Part shown: piece by piece, positions 25,997 through 39,430 of the stretch | Position numbering within the stretch: position 1 is the stretch's first letter | How the letters are laid out: each line of letters starts with the position of its first letter | NCBI GenBank assembly: GCA_951406725.2 | Contig: OX597814.1 | Location: forward strand, 172,422,001-172,486,000 | DNA length: 64,000 nucleotides | Direction of reading: 5' to 3' | Source: Octopus vulgaris | Lineage: Eukaryota | The notes under the pieces: model-generated | Databases searched by the model: none | Seen by the model: only the letters and a program-made list of their open reading frames with translations | What the model was told of the DNA's origin: nothing | Made by a program: the position numbers and the translations under genes

Positions 25997-26358
25997 CACC
26001 TAGGGCAAGTGTCTTCAATTATAGCTTCGGGCCGACCAAAGCCTTGTGAGGGGATTTGGTAGACGGAAACTGAAAGAAGCCCGTCGTATATGTGTATATA
26101 TATATATATATATAGATGTATGTGTGTGTTTTTGTGTATTTGTTTGTCTCCCCCCCCCCCCCAATATCGCTTGACAACCGATGCTGGTGTGTTTACGTCT
26201 CCGTAACTTAGCGGTTCGGCAAAAGATACCGATAGAATAAATACTAGGCTGACAAAGAATAAGTCCTGGGGTCGATTTCCTAGACAAAAGGCGGTGCTCC
26301 AACATTTGGCCATAGTCACATGAATGAAACAAGTAAAAGGCTAAAAGAGTAAAAGAGT
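25997..26358 (+). mobile_element. SINE family A, 5'-truncated
   Basis: Aligns with 57747-58160 from the CORE-like segment to the (gtaaaaga)n tail. Confidence 0.9.
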
Positions 26359-26571
26359 ATCACTGAAGTCATGACGAAAGCATTTTTCTGTACACATATC
26401 AATATAAACATATGCATATATGTTTACATGGGCCCTTGCACGCGCACACGCAAACACATGTGCACATATGCATCTGTACTGGCAATTCATACACACACAC
26501 AGTCACATTTATATACATGCATATATGCATGTATATTAAAATAAATAGTAAATGTATAAAATATATAGATA

Positions 26572-26952
26572 CTAGCAGTATCGCCCGGCGTTGCTCGGGT
26601 TTGTAAGGGAAATAACTATAAAGCATTTTTAGAGAGTTATAGCCAAAAAGTAGCAAAAAAATGGAAAAAAATGATGGTAAATTTTTTGAGAGTTAAAAAG
26701 GTCGAGTTGCGTCCCCTAGACAGTCTGTGGTTTGTGTTTCTGATTCTCGACCCCATGTCGAATTTATCGATTTTTTTCAGAACTGGGGGAACTTTTCAAA
26801 ATTTTCGCTGCGTTAGTTTTGAATTATGACATTGAGCTATGTGTGTGTCAAGTTTCATCAGAATCGGTTGAAAGCCGTGGTCAGGGTGAGGGTACAACCT
26901 AACAGACACACAGACACGAAGACAGACAAACTGCCGTTTATATATAGAGAGA
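26572..26952 (-). mobile_element. Non-autonomous Helitron
   Basis: Minus 5' A|TC..., 3' hairpin cccggcgttgctcggg then CTAG|T; near-identical 5' portion shared with 54410-54840. Confidence 0.85.
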
Positions 26953-26959
26953 TAAAGAT

Positions 26960-27940
26960 GTGAGTGCATATCAGGCAATTTTTTGTTGTTATGGAAGTGT
27001 TGGTATGGTTATTACTGAAAAGTAGTTTTCTGAATAATGTTCAAACCGATGTATGTGCTACCACTTGGATCTATTCAAAAGTTATGATAAAAATCAAATA
27101 GTTATAAAATTTAGGAATTTTGTATGCTCTAATGTTGGTGGAATGTTACTCCTGATGGATAGAGTAGGCTAGTTATAATGGAGGATTGGTATAAAGAGAT
27201 ACTAATTATAGGTGTAATGAAGGTATGATATAATTATAAAAATTTAAAAATATAAATATAATTAAATAATCAGCATGAATATATTCATAAAAAAAGAAAT
27301 TATAAAGATATAAAATATATCAATATAAATATAAAAATATGGGTGCATATCAGATCTTATATTGTTGTTAAAGATGTGTTAACATGGTTAATAATGAAAA
27401 GTATATTCTGATGTGTCTGGGGAGAGTTATTTTCTTTTTGTGGCTCATAATGTAACACTCACCGGTAAAATTCCACTTATTTCTTTTTTTTTATTTCCTG
27501 AAAATGTTGCAAGACGCAACGAAAATTTTAGGAAAATAAAAATAAGAAATAAGTGGAAATTTTACCGGTGAGTGTGTTACATTATAGGGCACAACAGAAT
27601 ATGCTTCAACACACGAACTCATATAAAGAATCTTGCAAATCAAATCCAAAAATGAAAAGTAGTTGTATGAATAATAGTCAAACACATATGAATATTACAA
27701 GTGTGTCTATTCAAAATTTTAAATGATCGTCAAACTGTTGTAAAGGTTAACAAAAACAAAAGTCAAATGTTTGTAGAGGGCTATTCATGGTGTGTACAAG
27801 ATATTAATTACTATAGGTGATTTTTATAAAATCATGCTAACAGTAGGTGTAATACAGGTGTAATAGAGGTAGAAATTAATATTAGTGGAGCTAGTGATTT
27901 AAAGAGAATATACAGGTATTGTAGTGAAAGAGATAATAAA
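26960..27940 (-). mobile_element. Partially tandem 3'/pLTR region of the adjacent PLE
   Basis: gtgcatatcag...tgaaaagta..ttctga repeated near 26965 and 27343; lies directly 3' of the PLE ORF stop. Confidence 0.5.
27428..27602. repeat. About 170-bp palindrome centred on a hammerhead helix II-like hairpin
   Basis: ataatgtaacactcaccggtaaaa / ttttaccggtgagtgtgttacattat arms; centre GTTGC-aagac-GCAAC-GAAA-ATTT-TA. Confidence 0.85.
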
Positions 27941-27944
27941 TTCA

Positions 27945-29490
27945 TTATCTAAATTTGGAAAATACATATCTCCCCGCATGAACATAGGAAATACTTTTCT
28001 CATTTCTCAGATTGAGTAGGGTATTCTTAGATGAAATAATAAAAAAAAAAGCCTCAGTTATAGAAAGAAATAATTTTTTTATTATTGACTTTGTAGGCCG
28101 GAGCGGAAGCAATGATGTCCCATTTAATATCAAACTCAATATAATTATCTTTTGATTCCCATATAAATTTACTTAATCCAGTGGAATTAGCATTCTGTCT
28201 ATTCCTAAAATATTCGCCACCCTAGATTTAATCATATTTTCTGTTGAGCCAATATAAATTATTATTCCTTTCCTTGGGCTATAAAAGTGCAGTCGTATAC
28301 CACACTTATCCTTTCACATGAATTCTTAAAATTACAAGTATTTTTAACTCTACAATGACAATTTTCATAAATGTTGTTATGTGTAATTGTATTAGATGAA
28401 GAGTAGTATTATTTCTTAAGGTTCCATTATTGGGATTTATATATAAGCAATTATTAGGGTTATTAGAATTTGGGGGATGTATTCTAAGACATGGTGAGTT
28501 ATTAGGATTATTATTATTGGCATTTCTATTAGTGTAGAATGTATTTAATTTCCTGTTGTTGATCGATGATATGATAGCGAATAAGTTAGAGGTTAGGCTA
28601 AAACCAATATTAACAGTTTTGTGGTTAATTACTTCATTATATCCTCACTGTTAAAGTGTTTATAGATGGCTTTGAATATAGGTTTAATAACGTTATTTTT
28701 AATTTGCATAGTGTATGGAATAATAAACCATATTTTATTAGATTTACCAGGGTGATTCATATTTATAGGTACATTGTAATCTGTTTTTGATTTTCTATAG
28801 TTAATGGAATGTGTATGAACACAATGTTTATTAATTATGTTATTATCATTGTAGTAATCATTACAGTTGTAAACTGGTTGTTTTTTTAATTTTTCTTGAG
28901 TTTGTTACATGACTTAGTATTGATTTTTCTATTATTATGTATACTATTATTAGTTTGATGTAAAGTGATCTTACGTTTTTTATCATTATCAATTTCTTGT
29001 TTATATGTATTTATACTTATATTTTTAAGTAAGTTTAGCAGTTTTAGTTTTCCGTTTGTAATTAGTTGTGTTATCTTTATTAATGCTGCTAGGGTGGTAC
29101 TATTCTATTCTGTTTCTATATCCAGCGTTTGCTAGGGCTATATTGTAGTGGTTTGCATGTTTGTTAAATATTTCTTCATTCGAAGATAAATATGTTAGTC
29201 GTTTACTAATATTAAAGGCCAATGCGTTTTTAATTGATCTGGGATTATTGTTTTGGAAGTTGATATAGCTTAGATTTGAATTGGGTTTTCTGAAGAGTTC
29301 ATGTAATCCTGTAGATAAATTAAAGTTAACATTTTAAAAACTAATTGAATTATTATCCCTCTCAATAGTTATGGAAAGACTATGTCTTTTGAAAAAAATA
29401 TAAACATTTTTTAAATTAGTTCTAATCTATTAGATGTATTTTTATGGTCCCTATACTGTCCACCAATGATTTCAGGTAATTTATCACACA
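27945..29490 (-). pseudogene. Decayed Penelope-like retroelement ORF (RT C-terminal half and GIY-YIG endonuclease)
   Basis: Minus translations with frameshifts and stops: GGQYRD; LSITIE..SF*NVNFNLSTG..FRKPNSNLSYINF..NP..ISKRL..SSNEEIF..YNIALANAGY; SVVYDC..IYIGSTENMIKSR; LSKFIWESK..IKWDII; LLNLRNE. Confidence 0.9.
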
Positions 29491-29786
29491 TGGGACTTGT
29501 CATATGTGGTGCAGTATCTCACATGGTGAATAAGTTTCACATATACTCTCTAACAAACAGTAGTATTATACAAAAGAAGTTGCGATATGAATCAATGTAT
29601 CTTGATATCGAGTTTTTCTAAGATCGAAGATCCGATCTAGATGCTCGGAACAGAGTGAACTTCCTTAAAGGCCGACAAGGGCCTGTTGAGCGTGTTCGAC
29701 TGAGTGACGGTTAAGTCAATAGTGTAAGCAATGCAATTGAGCATTTAATATCGAACACAATTCAAATGGACATATGCAAGAAATAT

Positions 29787-30158
29787 AGGCATACGTATGC
29801 GTGACTGTGTTAAAAAGTTAGGTTCTCAACCACATGGCTCCATGTTCAGTGCTACTGTGTGGTACCGTTGGCTAGTGTCTTTTGCTACAGCCTCGGACCG
29901 ACCAAAGCCTTCTGGGTGGATTTGACAGACAGAAACTGAAAGAAGTTTGTCGTATATATTGTGTGTGTGTGCGCGGGCGTGTATTTATGTATGTGAGTGT
30001 TTAGGTCTCTGTAACACTAGCGGTTCGGCAAAAAAACATACAATAAGTACTAGGCTTCAAAAACAAATACTGGGGAAGATTTGCTCGACTAGATCCTTCA
30101 AGATGGTGCCCCAGCACGGCTGCAGTATAATGACTGAAACAAATAAACTATAAAAGAT
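29787..30158 (+). mobile_element. SINE family A, diverged
   Basis: aaccacatgg...gaccaaagcc...ggatttg..gacagaaactgaaagaag...gcggttcggcaaaa. Confidence 0.8.
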
Positions 30159-30175
30159 ATCTAGCTACCTAAGTG

Positions 30176-30208
<33 letters not shown>

Positions 30209-30319
30209 ATCTCTGTCTGCATGCATGTGTGCATGTATGTACATACGTACATAGATACATGCATACATACATACATACATACATACATACATACATACAT
30301 ACATACATACATACATACA

Positions 30320-30353
<34 letters not shown>

Positions 30354-30884
30354 ATTTCCCATAGTAGCAATGATATAAATCGTAATTCGTTCTCAGGCAA
30401 ATATTTTACCTATAAAATTTATAACACTCATAAATAAATGACAATAAAACAACAGCAGGATGTGACGAATATTTTATGTGAAATAAAAAGAAAGTCAAGA
30501 TCATTTATAATAAAACAAAAATTATTATTATTATTATCGTTTTCTGAATCAATTTCATTCGCACTAGGCTCGCGCGCACCATCACTTGTAGACGCGATCG
30601 CCGATTCACAAGCACCTGTAGACGAATTTGTAGATTTCTTTAAAAAAAAAACAAGTCTAGAGTTGTTTGCATAGAAGAAGATTTTTTCGCTCTCTATAAT
30701 TTTCTCGGTAACACGCAGAAGCATTTGACATGGTAGGAGAAACTTTTGCACTTCGTTCAAAATTTGGATTTTGTGCATTTATAATAAAATAAAACTTGTA
30801 ATATAAAATATAATAAAATAAAACTCGTAAAATGGATCCTCGTAAAGTGACGTATTATTATACATACATATACACATATATATA

Positions 30885-30944
<60 letters not shown>

Positions 30945-30954
<10 letters not shown>

Positions 30955-31300
30955 AAAATAAGAAAATGGAGAAATACATCGAAATCAAATATCAATTACC
31001 AGATACTCAATCACATACTTTATTAAACCACTACATAAGAAACTATGAGGTTAAACATAATAATGCAGGGTAAAACAGTGTACATGAAGGAGTGTACATA
31101 AAATAGTAATGTTATACAATAAGTGGAATAGAACATAAATATAAGTACACATAAATATAAATATAGACTATATCTTACAGCTGTTTCGGCCATGTAGATA
31201 AGCATGTCTCATTCAACTCATATTAGCCGTTTATGGTAGGTCAATATGTAGTTTTGGATATATGGTATCCCATGGTGGGTTGCATTTACAACACCTATCT
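30945..31300 (-). mobile_element. PLE pLTR-like fragment with 3' half of a hammerhead (31172-31194)
   Basis: Minus catggcc-GAAA-CAGCTG-TA, same helix III as 24251; bounded by (TA)n. Confidence 0.5.
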
Positions 31301-31307
31301 CAATTTG

Positions 31308-31360
<53 letters not shown>

Positions 31361-31362
31361 TT

Positions 31363-31592
31363 TAAGGCGGCGAGCTGGCAGAACCGTTAGGACGCAGGGC
31401 GAAATGCGTAGCCGTATTTCATCTGCCGTTACATTCTGAGTTCAAATTCCGCCGAGGTCGACTTTACCTTTCATCAATTTGAGGTCGATAAATTAAGTAC
31501 CAGTTACGCACTGGGGTCGATGTAATCGACTTAATTCGTTTGTCTGTCCTTGTTTGTCCCCTCTATGTTTAGCCCCTTGTGGGTAATAAAGA

Positions 31593-31593
<1 letters not shown>
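31363..31593 (+). mobile_element. SINE family B
   Basis: aaggcggcgagctggcagaa...gagttcaaattcc (B-box)...ccccttgtgggtaataaagaaa. Confidence 0.9.
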
Positions 31594-31656
<63 letters not shown>

Positions 31657-32399
31657 TGAAAATATGTATATTCAGAAGCGAGCTCCGCAATGAAAAATAA
31701 ATATTTGTGTAACATACTTAACATATGTGTTCAGGCGAAAAGTCAGAGGCTGCAGTTTTTATCCAGAAAAATAGCTTTATAGACATATGGTGTTGAAACA
31801 CACAATGTACTTCAGAGCTTAGCAAAACGAAATTACGGGAAAGCCACAGATACGAATTTCGCCGTTTTTGTGGCTTCTCCATATCACGCACCCGTTTCAC
31901 ATCAGAAACGAAATCGAATCTTTTAGTCTGAAGTTTATAGACATAATGTATAAACTATACCCTGATTTGCAAGTGCGCTACATGAGCAGAATAATTTCGA
32001 TTTAGCAACAGAAGCAACGCTACATTAAAACTTCGTCAATATAGTTACACCGGCGGTGCTCCAGCATAGCCACAGCCTTAAGGCTGAAACATATATAAGA
32101 ATAAAAGAATAGTATGTTAAATGTATTATATTGATAAAGTTTATACATATGCATAGGTACGTACATACATATATACATACATACATACACACACATACAT
32201 GCACATACACATACACACACGCAAACATAAATAAAGATAAATAGCTGACCAATATTTTGATACGCATAAATTACGGACAGTAGTCTTAATAAGAATTGCC
32301 TACACCTTATCTAGGGTAACCGTCATTCAAGAGTAAATATCGAAACAAAGCAGAGTAGTTCACATATCCAGTAATGTACAGAACTGCACTCGTGATTAA

Positions 32400-32710
<311 letters not shown>

Positions 32711-32711
<1 letters not shown>

Positions 32712-33378
32712 GGCTCTCATGGCTTCTGATCTTAACTGATTGGAAGTGTTATCATGTACATTGTTTTGTCTTGGTATAAAAGATGGGCTACAGCAAATAT
32801 TCTGCTCAATACACATACATATATGTGTAGGCAATTTTAAGACTACTGTCCGTAATTTATGCGTATCAAAATATTGGTCAGCTATTTATCTTTATTTATG
32901 TTTGCGTGTGTGTATGTGTATGTGCATGTATGTGTGTGTATGTATGTATGTATATATGCTTGTCAGTTGTTTGACCTTAACCAGTTGAGCATGTCCCTTA
33001 GTGGCTGACGATATGTGCATCTCTGATCACGAGCAGAAGTAGTGGGGGAGCATCATAGCCATGTGTTGAGAGGGATTCTTTGGGGTTTGAATAGTTCACC
33101 TCTGGAAGCATGGGTGGTTCTTTCAACATCCTTAAACAACCCTTATTCAGGGACCGTTTGAGCGGGATGGGCTACTCGACCTGAAGAAAATTCTAACTGG
33201 GCCCCACCTGCAAGGTCATGTGCTGTTTATCTTGATATGAGATCACCATGTCGCGCACATATGGTTGTGATGCATGTGCCTGGTGTACCTTTATCAGACG
33301 GGTAGTCATGATGGGTATATTGGGCTTCGTATATTTTACCCCAGTGTCACTTTGATGGCATGAACTGCTCTCTCACTC

Positions 33379-33380
<2 letters not shown>
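32711..33380 (+). mobile_element. Probable 3' UTR of a TAA-targeting non-LTR element
   Basis: Mostly complex sequence bounded on both sides by (TAA)n, ending ctctctcactc-aataat; no coding evidence. Confidence 0.4.
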
Positions 33381-33461
<81 letters not shown>

Positions 33462-33480
33462 TGATAATAATAATAATAAT

Positions 33481-33931
33481 GTGTGTGTATTAATTGACAT
33501 AAGTATTCCTTGCGATCACAATATAGTGGCGAAAGAATTTGACAGTATCAGTAAATATAAAGACTTGCTAATAGAAATTGAAAAAATGTGGCATCTCAAG
33601 GCGACTACAGTACCAGTGACTGTAGGATCTCTAGGAATGACAGAAAGAAGGGTACGGAAACCTATTTGAAAATGATACCAGGCTTACCATCCCTACAGGA
33701 AGTGCAAAAATCTTGTTAACTAGAACGGCACATGTACTGAGAAGAGAATTATCGCTGTGAAAACAACATCCATTTATGAATTTAATTATTTATTAATTTT
33801 TTACATACATATTTTACCTGTGAACTTGCGTGTGTAATCTGGGAATGCATACAATGTGCTTCTCTGCCCTAGGTGTACGGAAAGCACTCGGCAAGAAATG
33901 GAAGCAAATTTGAAAGAAGAAGAAAAAAAGA
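33481..33931 (+). mobile_element. R4/Dong-like non-LTR retrotransposon 3' fragment (restriction-like endonuclease)
   Basis: CVLIDISIPCDHNIVAKEFDSISKYKDLLIEIEKMWHLKATTVPVTVGSLG..VQK..TAHVLRR; embedded in (TAA)n. Confidence 0.88.
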
Positions 33932-33935
33932 TAAC

Positions 33936-33999
<64 letters not shown>

Positions 34000-34001
34000 T
34001 G

Positions 34002-34080
<79 letters not shown>

Positions 34081-34201
34081 GAAGAAGAAGAAGAAGGACT
34101 ACAACAACAGCAACAGCAACAAAGGAAGGTGTAGTAGTAGCAGCAGCAATAGTAGTAGTAGTAATAGTAGTGGTAGTAAGCAGCAGCAGCAGTATTATTA
34201 C

Positions 34202-34247
<46 letters not shown>

Positions 34248-34261
34248 ATTATTATTATTAA

Positions 34262-34380
<119 letters not shown>

Positions 34381-34864
34381 TATGAAGAACAATTTGATTA
34401 ATAACAATAACAAAGTATAATACTAATTGTAATAACTCTATTGATAATAATAATTTCTTGAACTGCTTTTTAGTTTAAAACTTTCCCGTTAATCTTTATT
34501 CATTTGAAAAAGCTAAAAAAAAAGGAAGAAATGTAAATAAGTAGGGGGAAAAACATGAAGAATGAAAGAAAAAATTAATTAAGGAAAGTCATCTGTTATT
34601 CATTTCTGAAATAATTCCTTTTCACTGATGATAATATTAAAATGTCAACTTCAATTTATTTTCTCTCCAACATGGCGGCAGCATTTTAAAACACACACAC
34701 ACACACATACCTCATGAAGAATATCGACAATATGAAGGAAAAGAGACTGAGGAGACATTACACAGACATACACACACACACACACTCATATACACACACA
34801 TGCACGTGTGCACACGCAGAAATTTACGTATACACACGTGCAAAACGCGCACGCACATGTACAA

Positions 34865-35140
34865 TACAGACTTAGGCGTACACGCTCAAGCGTATACACA
34901 TGCATGCATATACGTACAAATAAACACTCATATACGCACACACATACATACATACATGCATACATACATACATACATATATACATACATACATACATACA
35001 TTCATACGTACATACATACATACATATATATGTATCGTCTGCGGCAGTGTACTTGAGTATGTATGTGTGTATATGAGTGTTTATTTGTACTTATATGCAT
35101 GCATGTGTATATGCTTGAGCGTGTATGGGTAAGTCTGTAT
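34865..35140. repeat. Inverted repeat with arms of about 80 bp
   Basis: atacagactta..acacgctcaagc..tacaaataaacactcatatac versus gtatatgagtgtttatttgtac..gcttgagcgtgt..taagtctgtat. Confidence 0.85.
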
Positions 35141-35382
35141 ATGTATACATATATATATATATATATATATGCACATATACATATGCAAATACGCAGACGC
35201 ACATATTCAGTCATAAATGTGTGCGTGTGTGTATCGACCTATCTACATATGTGTATATATATATATATACATATATATGCACACTTACATAATCAAGTAC
35301 ATCACCGCTTATATATATATACATTCACACACACACACGCGCGCACACATATAGATACAAACATACATACATACATACATAC

Positions 35383-35448
<66 letters not shown>

Positions 35449-35969
35449 ATGTATGTATGTATGTATGTATGTATGTATGTATGTATGTATGTATGTATAC
35501 AAATATGCGGCAACTTATTCATTCATATGCAAATATTCGTATATCTATGTTTAGATTTTAACGTTTTATATATTTCGAATATATATTTTCTATTATTATT
35601 TTGCTAAGTTCATTTTATATACACACACACACACACATATATATATATCTGCTATTAGTGTTGCAGTTTATCTCTATTTATTGTTGCATTTAGCTGTTTG
35701 TGTATTATCCGTTATTTGCTGCTACTGTTGATGTTGTTGTCGGTGTCGTTATTGTTATTCATCTTGTTCGCCTTGTTCATGTTTTAAACACATTTGCCTA
35801 CATGTATTTAAGACTTTCTTTAAATTAACATCAATAGAACGAAAGTGGCATCTGATGAGTCTAACGAACGTATCCGACTCCCCAATAATTCTCCTGTCAC
35901 CTTAAGCGTGCATTATCGGCAACAGTATTATCATTATTTTTATTATTATTATCATTATTATTATTATTA

Positions 35970-36006
<37 letters not shown>

Positions 36007-36010
<4 letters not shown>

Positions 36011-36309
36011 TAGTTTTATTTTTATTTTTATAGCGTGCTTTCACTTCACTACCGAGCGCAGCTCTGTGTGCCTTGGGTATGTGCTGTGATTTGTTGTGAT
36101 GCTCTGATGGTTATTGTATGGAAAGTGTTCTGCGTAGGATGTGGGCAGTGCCTAGTAGTGCAATTTTCTGTATGTTATATGTGTTTGTAAGTCCTGGTGT
36201 TTTTGTTATGTATTTGTCTGAATATTTTTATTATCATGCCTAATGCACCTACTATGATAGGAATTGTTTCTGTTTTCAGATTCCATTCTATTACCTCTAT
36301 TTCCATCTC

Positions 36310-36310
<1 letters not shown>
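36007..36310 (-). mobile_element. Second R4/Dong-like RLE 3' fragment
   Basis: Minus EIEV..WNLKTETIPIIVGALGM..YITKTPGLTNTYNIQKIALLGTAHILRRTLSIQ* (stop 36111-36113); flanked by (TTA)n. Confidence 0.88.
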
Positions 36311-36359
<49 letters not shown>

Positions 36360-36393
36360 GTAATTATTATTATTATTATTATCATCATCATCA

Positions 36394-36472
<79 letters not shown>

Positions 36473-36475
36473 TAC

Positions 36476-36535
<60 letters not shown>

Positions 36536-36565
36536 CATTATTATTATTATTATTATTATTATTAA

Positions 36566-36655
<90 letters not shown>

Positions 36656-36679
36656 TATTATTATTATTACTATTATTAC

Positions 36680-36718
<39 letters not shown>

Positions 36719-36729
36719 CATCATCATTA

Positions 36730-36784
<55 letters not shown>

Positions 36785-36805
36785 TATTATTATTATTATT
36801 ATTGC
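36311..36805. repeat. Long (ATT)n microsatellite
   Basis: Direct reading. Confidence 0.97.
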
Positions 36806-37156
36806 TGTTGTTGTTGTTGCTGTTGTTTCATTGGTTCAGCATTGTTGTTGTTCTTAGTTTTTGGTGGTGGCGGTGATGGTGGGTCGTGCTGACGTTGTTT
36901 GCCGCTCATGTTTAACTACGTTTATTATTAATATTTATATCATCAGTAACTTTCTCGCAATCATCGTCGTCGTCATCGTCACCATCGTCGTCGTCGTCAC
37001 CATCGTCATCATCATCGTCGCCGTCGTTCTCATCATCGTCGTCATCATCATCTTCATCATCATCATCATCTTCATCATCATCAGAATTATTTCAAATGAC
37101 TTCATTCGATTCATGTGTGTGTGTGTGTATGTCTGTGTGTGCATATCTGCGTTTAA

Positions 37157-37224
<68 letters not shown>

Positions 37225-38116
37225 GTGTTTATGTGTATATATATATATATTTATATGTATATATATATGTGTGTGTGTGTGTGTATGAATGTATGTATGT
37301 ATGTATTATTATTATTTCTAATGTTTGTATATTTTGTTTTTGATTTCATCTATTTGTATTTCTTTTCAAAATTGATTCATTTATTTCATGCATTTTATTC
37401 TATCACATTTATTTATTTATTTATTTATATGCATTTCTATGGCGTTGGAGTAGTTTTCATTTTTAAGCTCTTAATTGTTTAGTTTCACGTACATTTTAAT
37501 CTGTTTGTCAAAGTGTATGCCTCGTTCGCCAATGAACTCGCGCAATATCTAATTGATCTCAAAGAAAGCAAGTTTGACATTTCTGAAAGGAATAATTTTA
37601 CAGAAATACTACGTCTGTGCAAAATTACACGTCCTTTTACTGACGAAATAGTTGATTTTCAATGCAATTTCTTGTAAACAAAACCAAAAAAAAAAAAAGC
37701 AATTTAAAAAAATAGGGGAAAATAACTAGTTTATATTATTAAATGAATAATAATAAATATATAAATTTGTTTTTAATGGTTTAAGAAAATAACCGACAAA
37801 AATAACTTGTTCTCAATAGAAAAACAACTTGTTTCGTTGAGTAGACTAGCAAGTTATATCTATGTCTTCACAATAGTGACTCTGGATAGAAACCTATTTA
37901 TACTGTGCACTCAGAAAATAAGACATAGCTAAATGATAAGTCCACACATACGTAGGTAAAATAAATACGTTGGTAAAATAAATCTAATCGTATGATAAAC
38001 TCATAAGGGCTTTTTTTTTACCGTTTATTTCAATTTTCTGCAATGTTATTTGAATTAACAGGAGAAATGAATTTATCGTAGTGTTTATGTGTTTTTTTTG
38101 TTACTCTCTCTCTCTC

Positions 38117-38339
38117 TACTCTCTTTTACTCTTTTACTTGTTTCAGTCATTTGACTGCGGCCACGCTGGAGCACCGCCTTTAATCGAGCAACTCGACCCC
38201 AGGACTTATTCTTTTGTAAGCCCAGTACTTATTCTATCGGTCTCTTTTGCCGAACCGCTAAGTAACGGGGACATAAACACACCAGCATCGGTTGCCAAGC
38301 AATGCTAGGGGGACAAACACAGACACACAAACACACATA

Positions 38340-38383
<44 letters not shown>

Positions 38384-38607
38384 TAGATAAACTTAGATAT
38401 GTTTCGACCAATGATTGGTCCAGGCCATATATATATACATATACGACGGGCTTCTTTCAGTTTCCGTCTACCAAATCCACTCACAAGGCTTTGGTCGGCC
38501 CGAGGCTATAGTAGAAGACACTTACCCAGGGTGCCACGCAGTGGGACTGAACCCGGAACCATGTGGTTGGTAAACAAGCTACTTACCACACAGCCACTCC
38601 TGCGCCT
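38117..38607 (-). mobile_element. SINE family A, full length, with a short insert in its TA tract
   Basis: Aligns with 57747-58160; extra aaacttagataaacttagatatgtttcgaccaatgattggtccaggcc at 38379-38426. Confidence 0.92.
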
Positions 38608-38959
38608 ATTTTCATTTTCTTTTTAATTTGAATTAAAATTTTACCTCATTTCAGACATTTGAGGATGGAGTACCAGGTAGAAAATGAAACCAACGTGTTC
38701 ATTTGAGAACTTAATAGTAACTATAGATATAAACGTGTTTACGTTGCAATCACAGAGAGACAGACAGACAGAGATAGACAGATAGGCAGACAGAGACAGA
38801 GAGAGAAAAAAACTCACACATATGAAATTATGTAGCTAACAGATACATACGTACTCTGAGGTACGCAACTCACCCTCTTCTGAACTTGTATTTTTCACTG
38901 AAAGTAGTTAGTAAATAATTAAAAATTAATTAATACTAAGACAACAGAAATGTTTGCTT

Positions 38960-39267
38960 AAGGCGCGTGGCTCAGTGGTTAGAGCGTCAGGCATACAATC
39001 GCAATGTAGCGAGTTCGATTCCTGGACTGCGTGTTGTGCTTTTCTTGAGCAAGACACTTTATTTTTACATTTGTTTTGTTGGGTAATGTAGAAATGAGCT
39101 GCGACGTACTGGCTTTGGATAACATCGGTGGCTTGGAGAGAGGAGGCTGACGTGCATGGGCAACTGCTGGTCTTCCATAAATAACATTGCCCGGACTTGT
39201 GTCTCGGAGGGGAACTTTCTAGGTGCAATCCCATGGTCATTCGTGCCCGAAGAGGGTCTTTACCTTT
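38960..39267 (+). mobile_element. SINE family C, full length
   Basis: A-box tggctcagtgg, B-box gttcgattcc, ttcttgagcaagacacttt domain; aligns with 59292-59624. Confidence 0.88.
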
Positions 39268-39273
39268 AGGTTT

Positions 39274-39430
39274 TATATACATTTGAAAAAGTGAATACAA
39301 CTAATTCTTCTGGTAATTTTTCCACTTTAATAATTAGATATTTATAAGTTTACAAGACATATATACATCTAATTATTAAAGTGGGAAAATTATCAGAAAA
39401 GCCATTTCTATTCATTTTTTCAAATATACA
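39274..39430. repeat. Foldback of about 155 bp
   Basis: ttctggtaatttttccactttaataattagat / atctaattattaaagtgggaaaattatcagaa plus outer pairing tttgaaaaa..gaata / tattc..tttttcaaa. Confidence 0.85.

Noticed and set aside
35835-35880. GAAA..CTGATGAGTC..GAC hammerhead-like words
   Set aside because: Only 7 nt lie between GAAA and CTGATGA, and no GAAA follows the downstream stem, so no permutation folds
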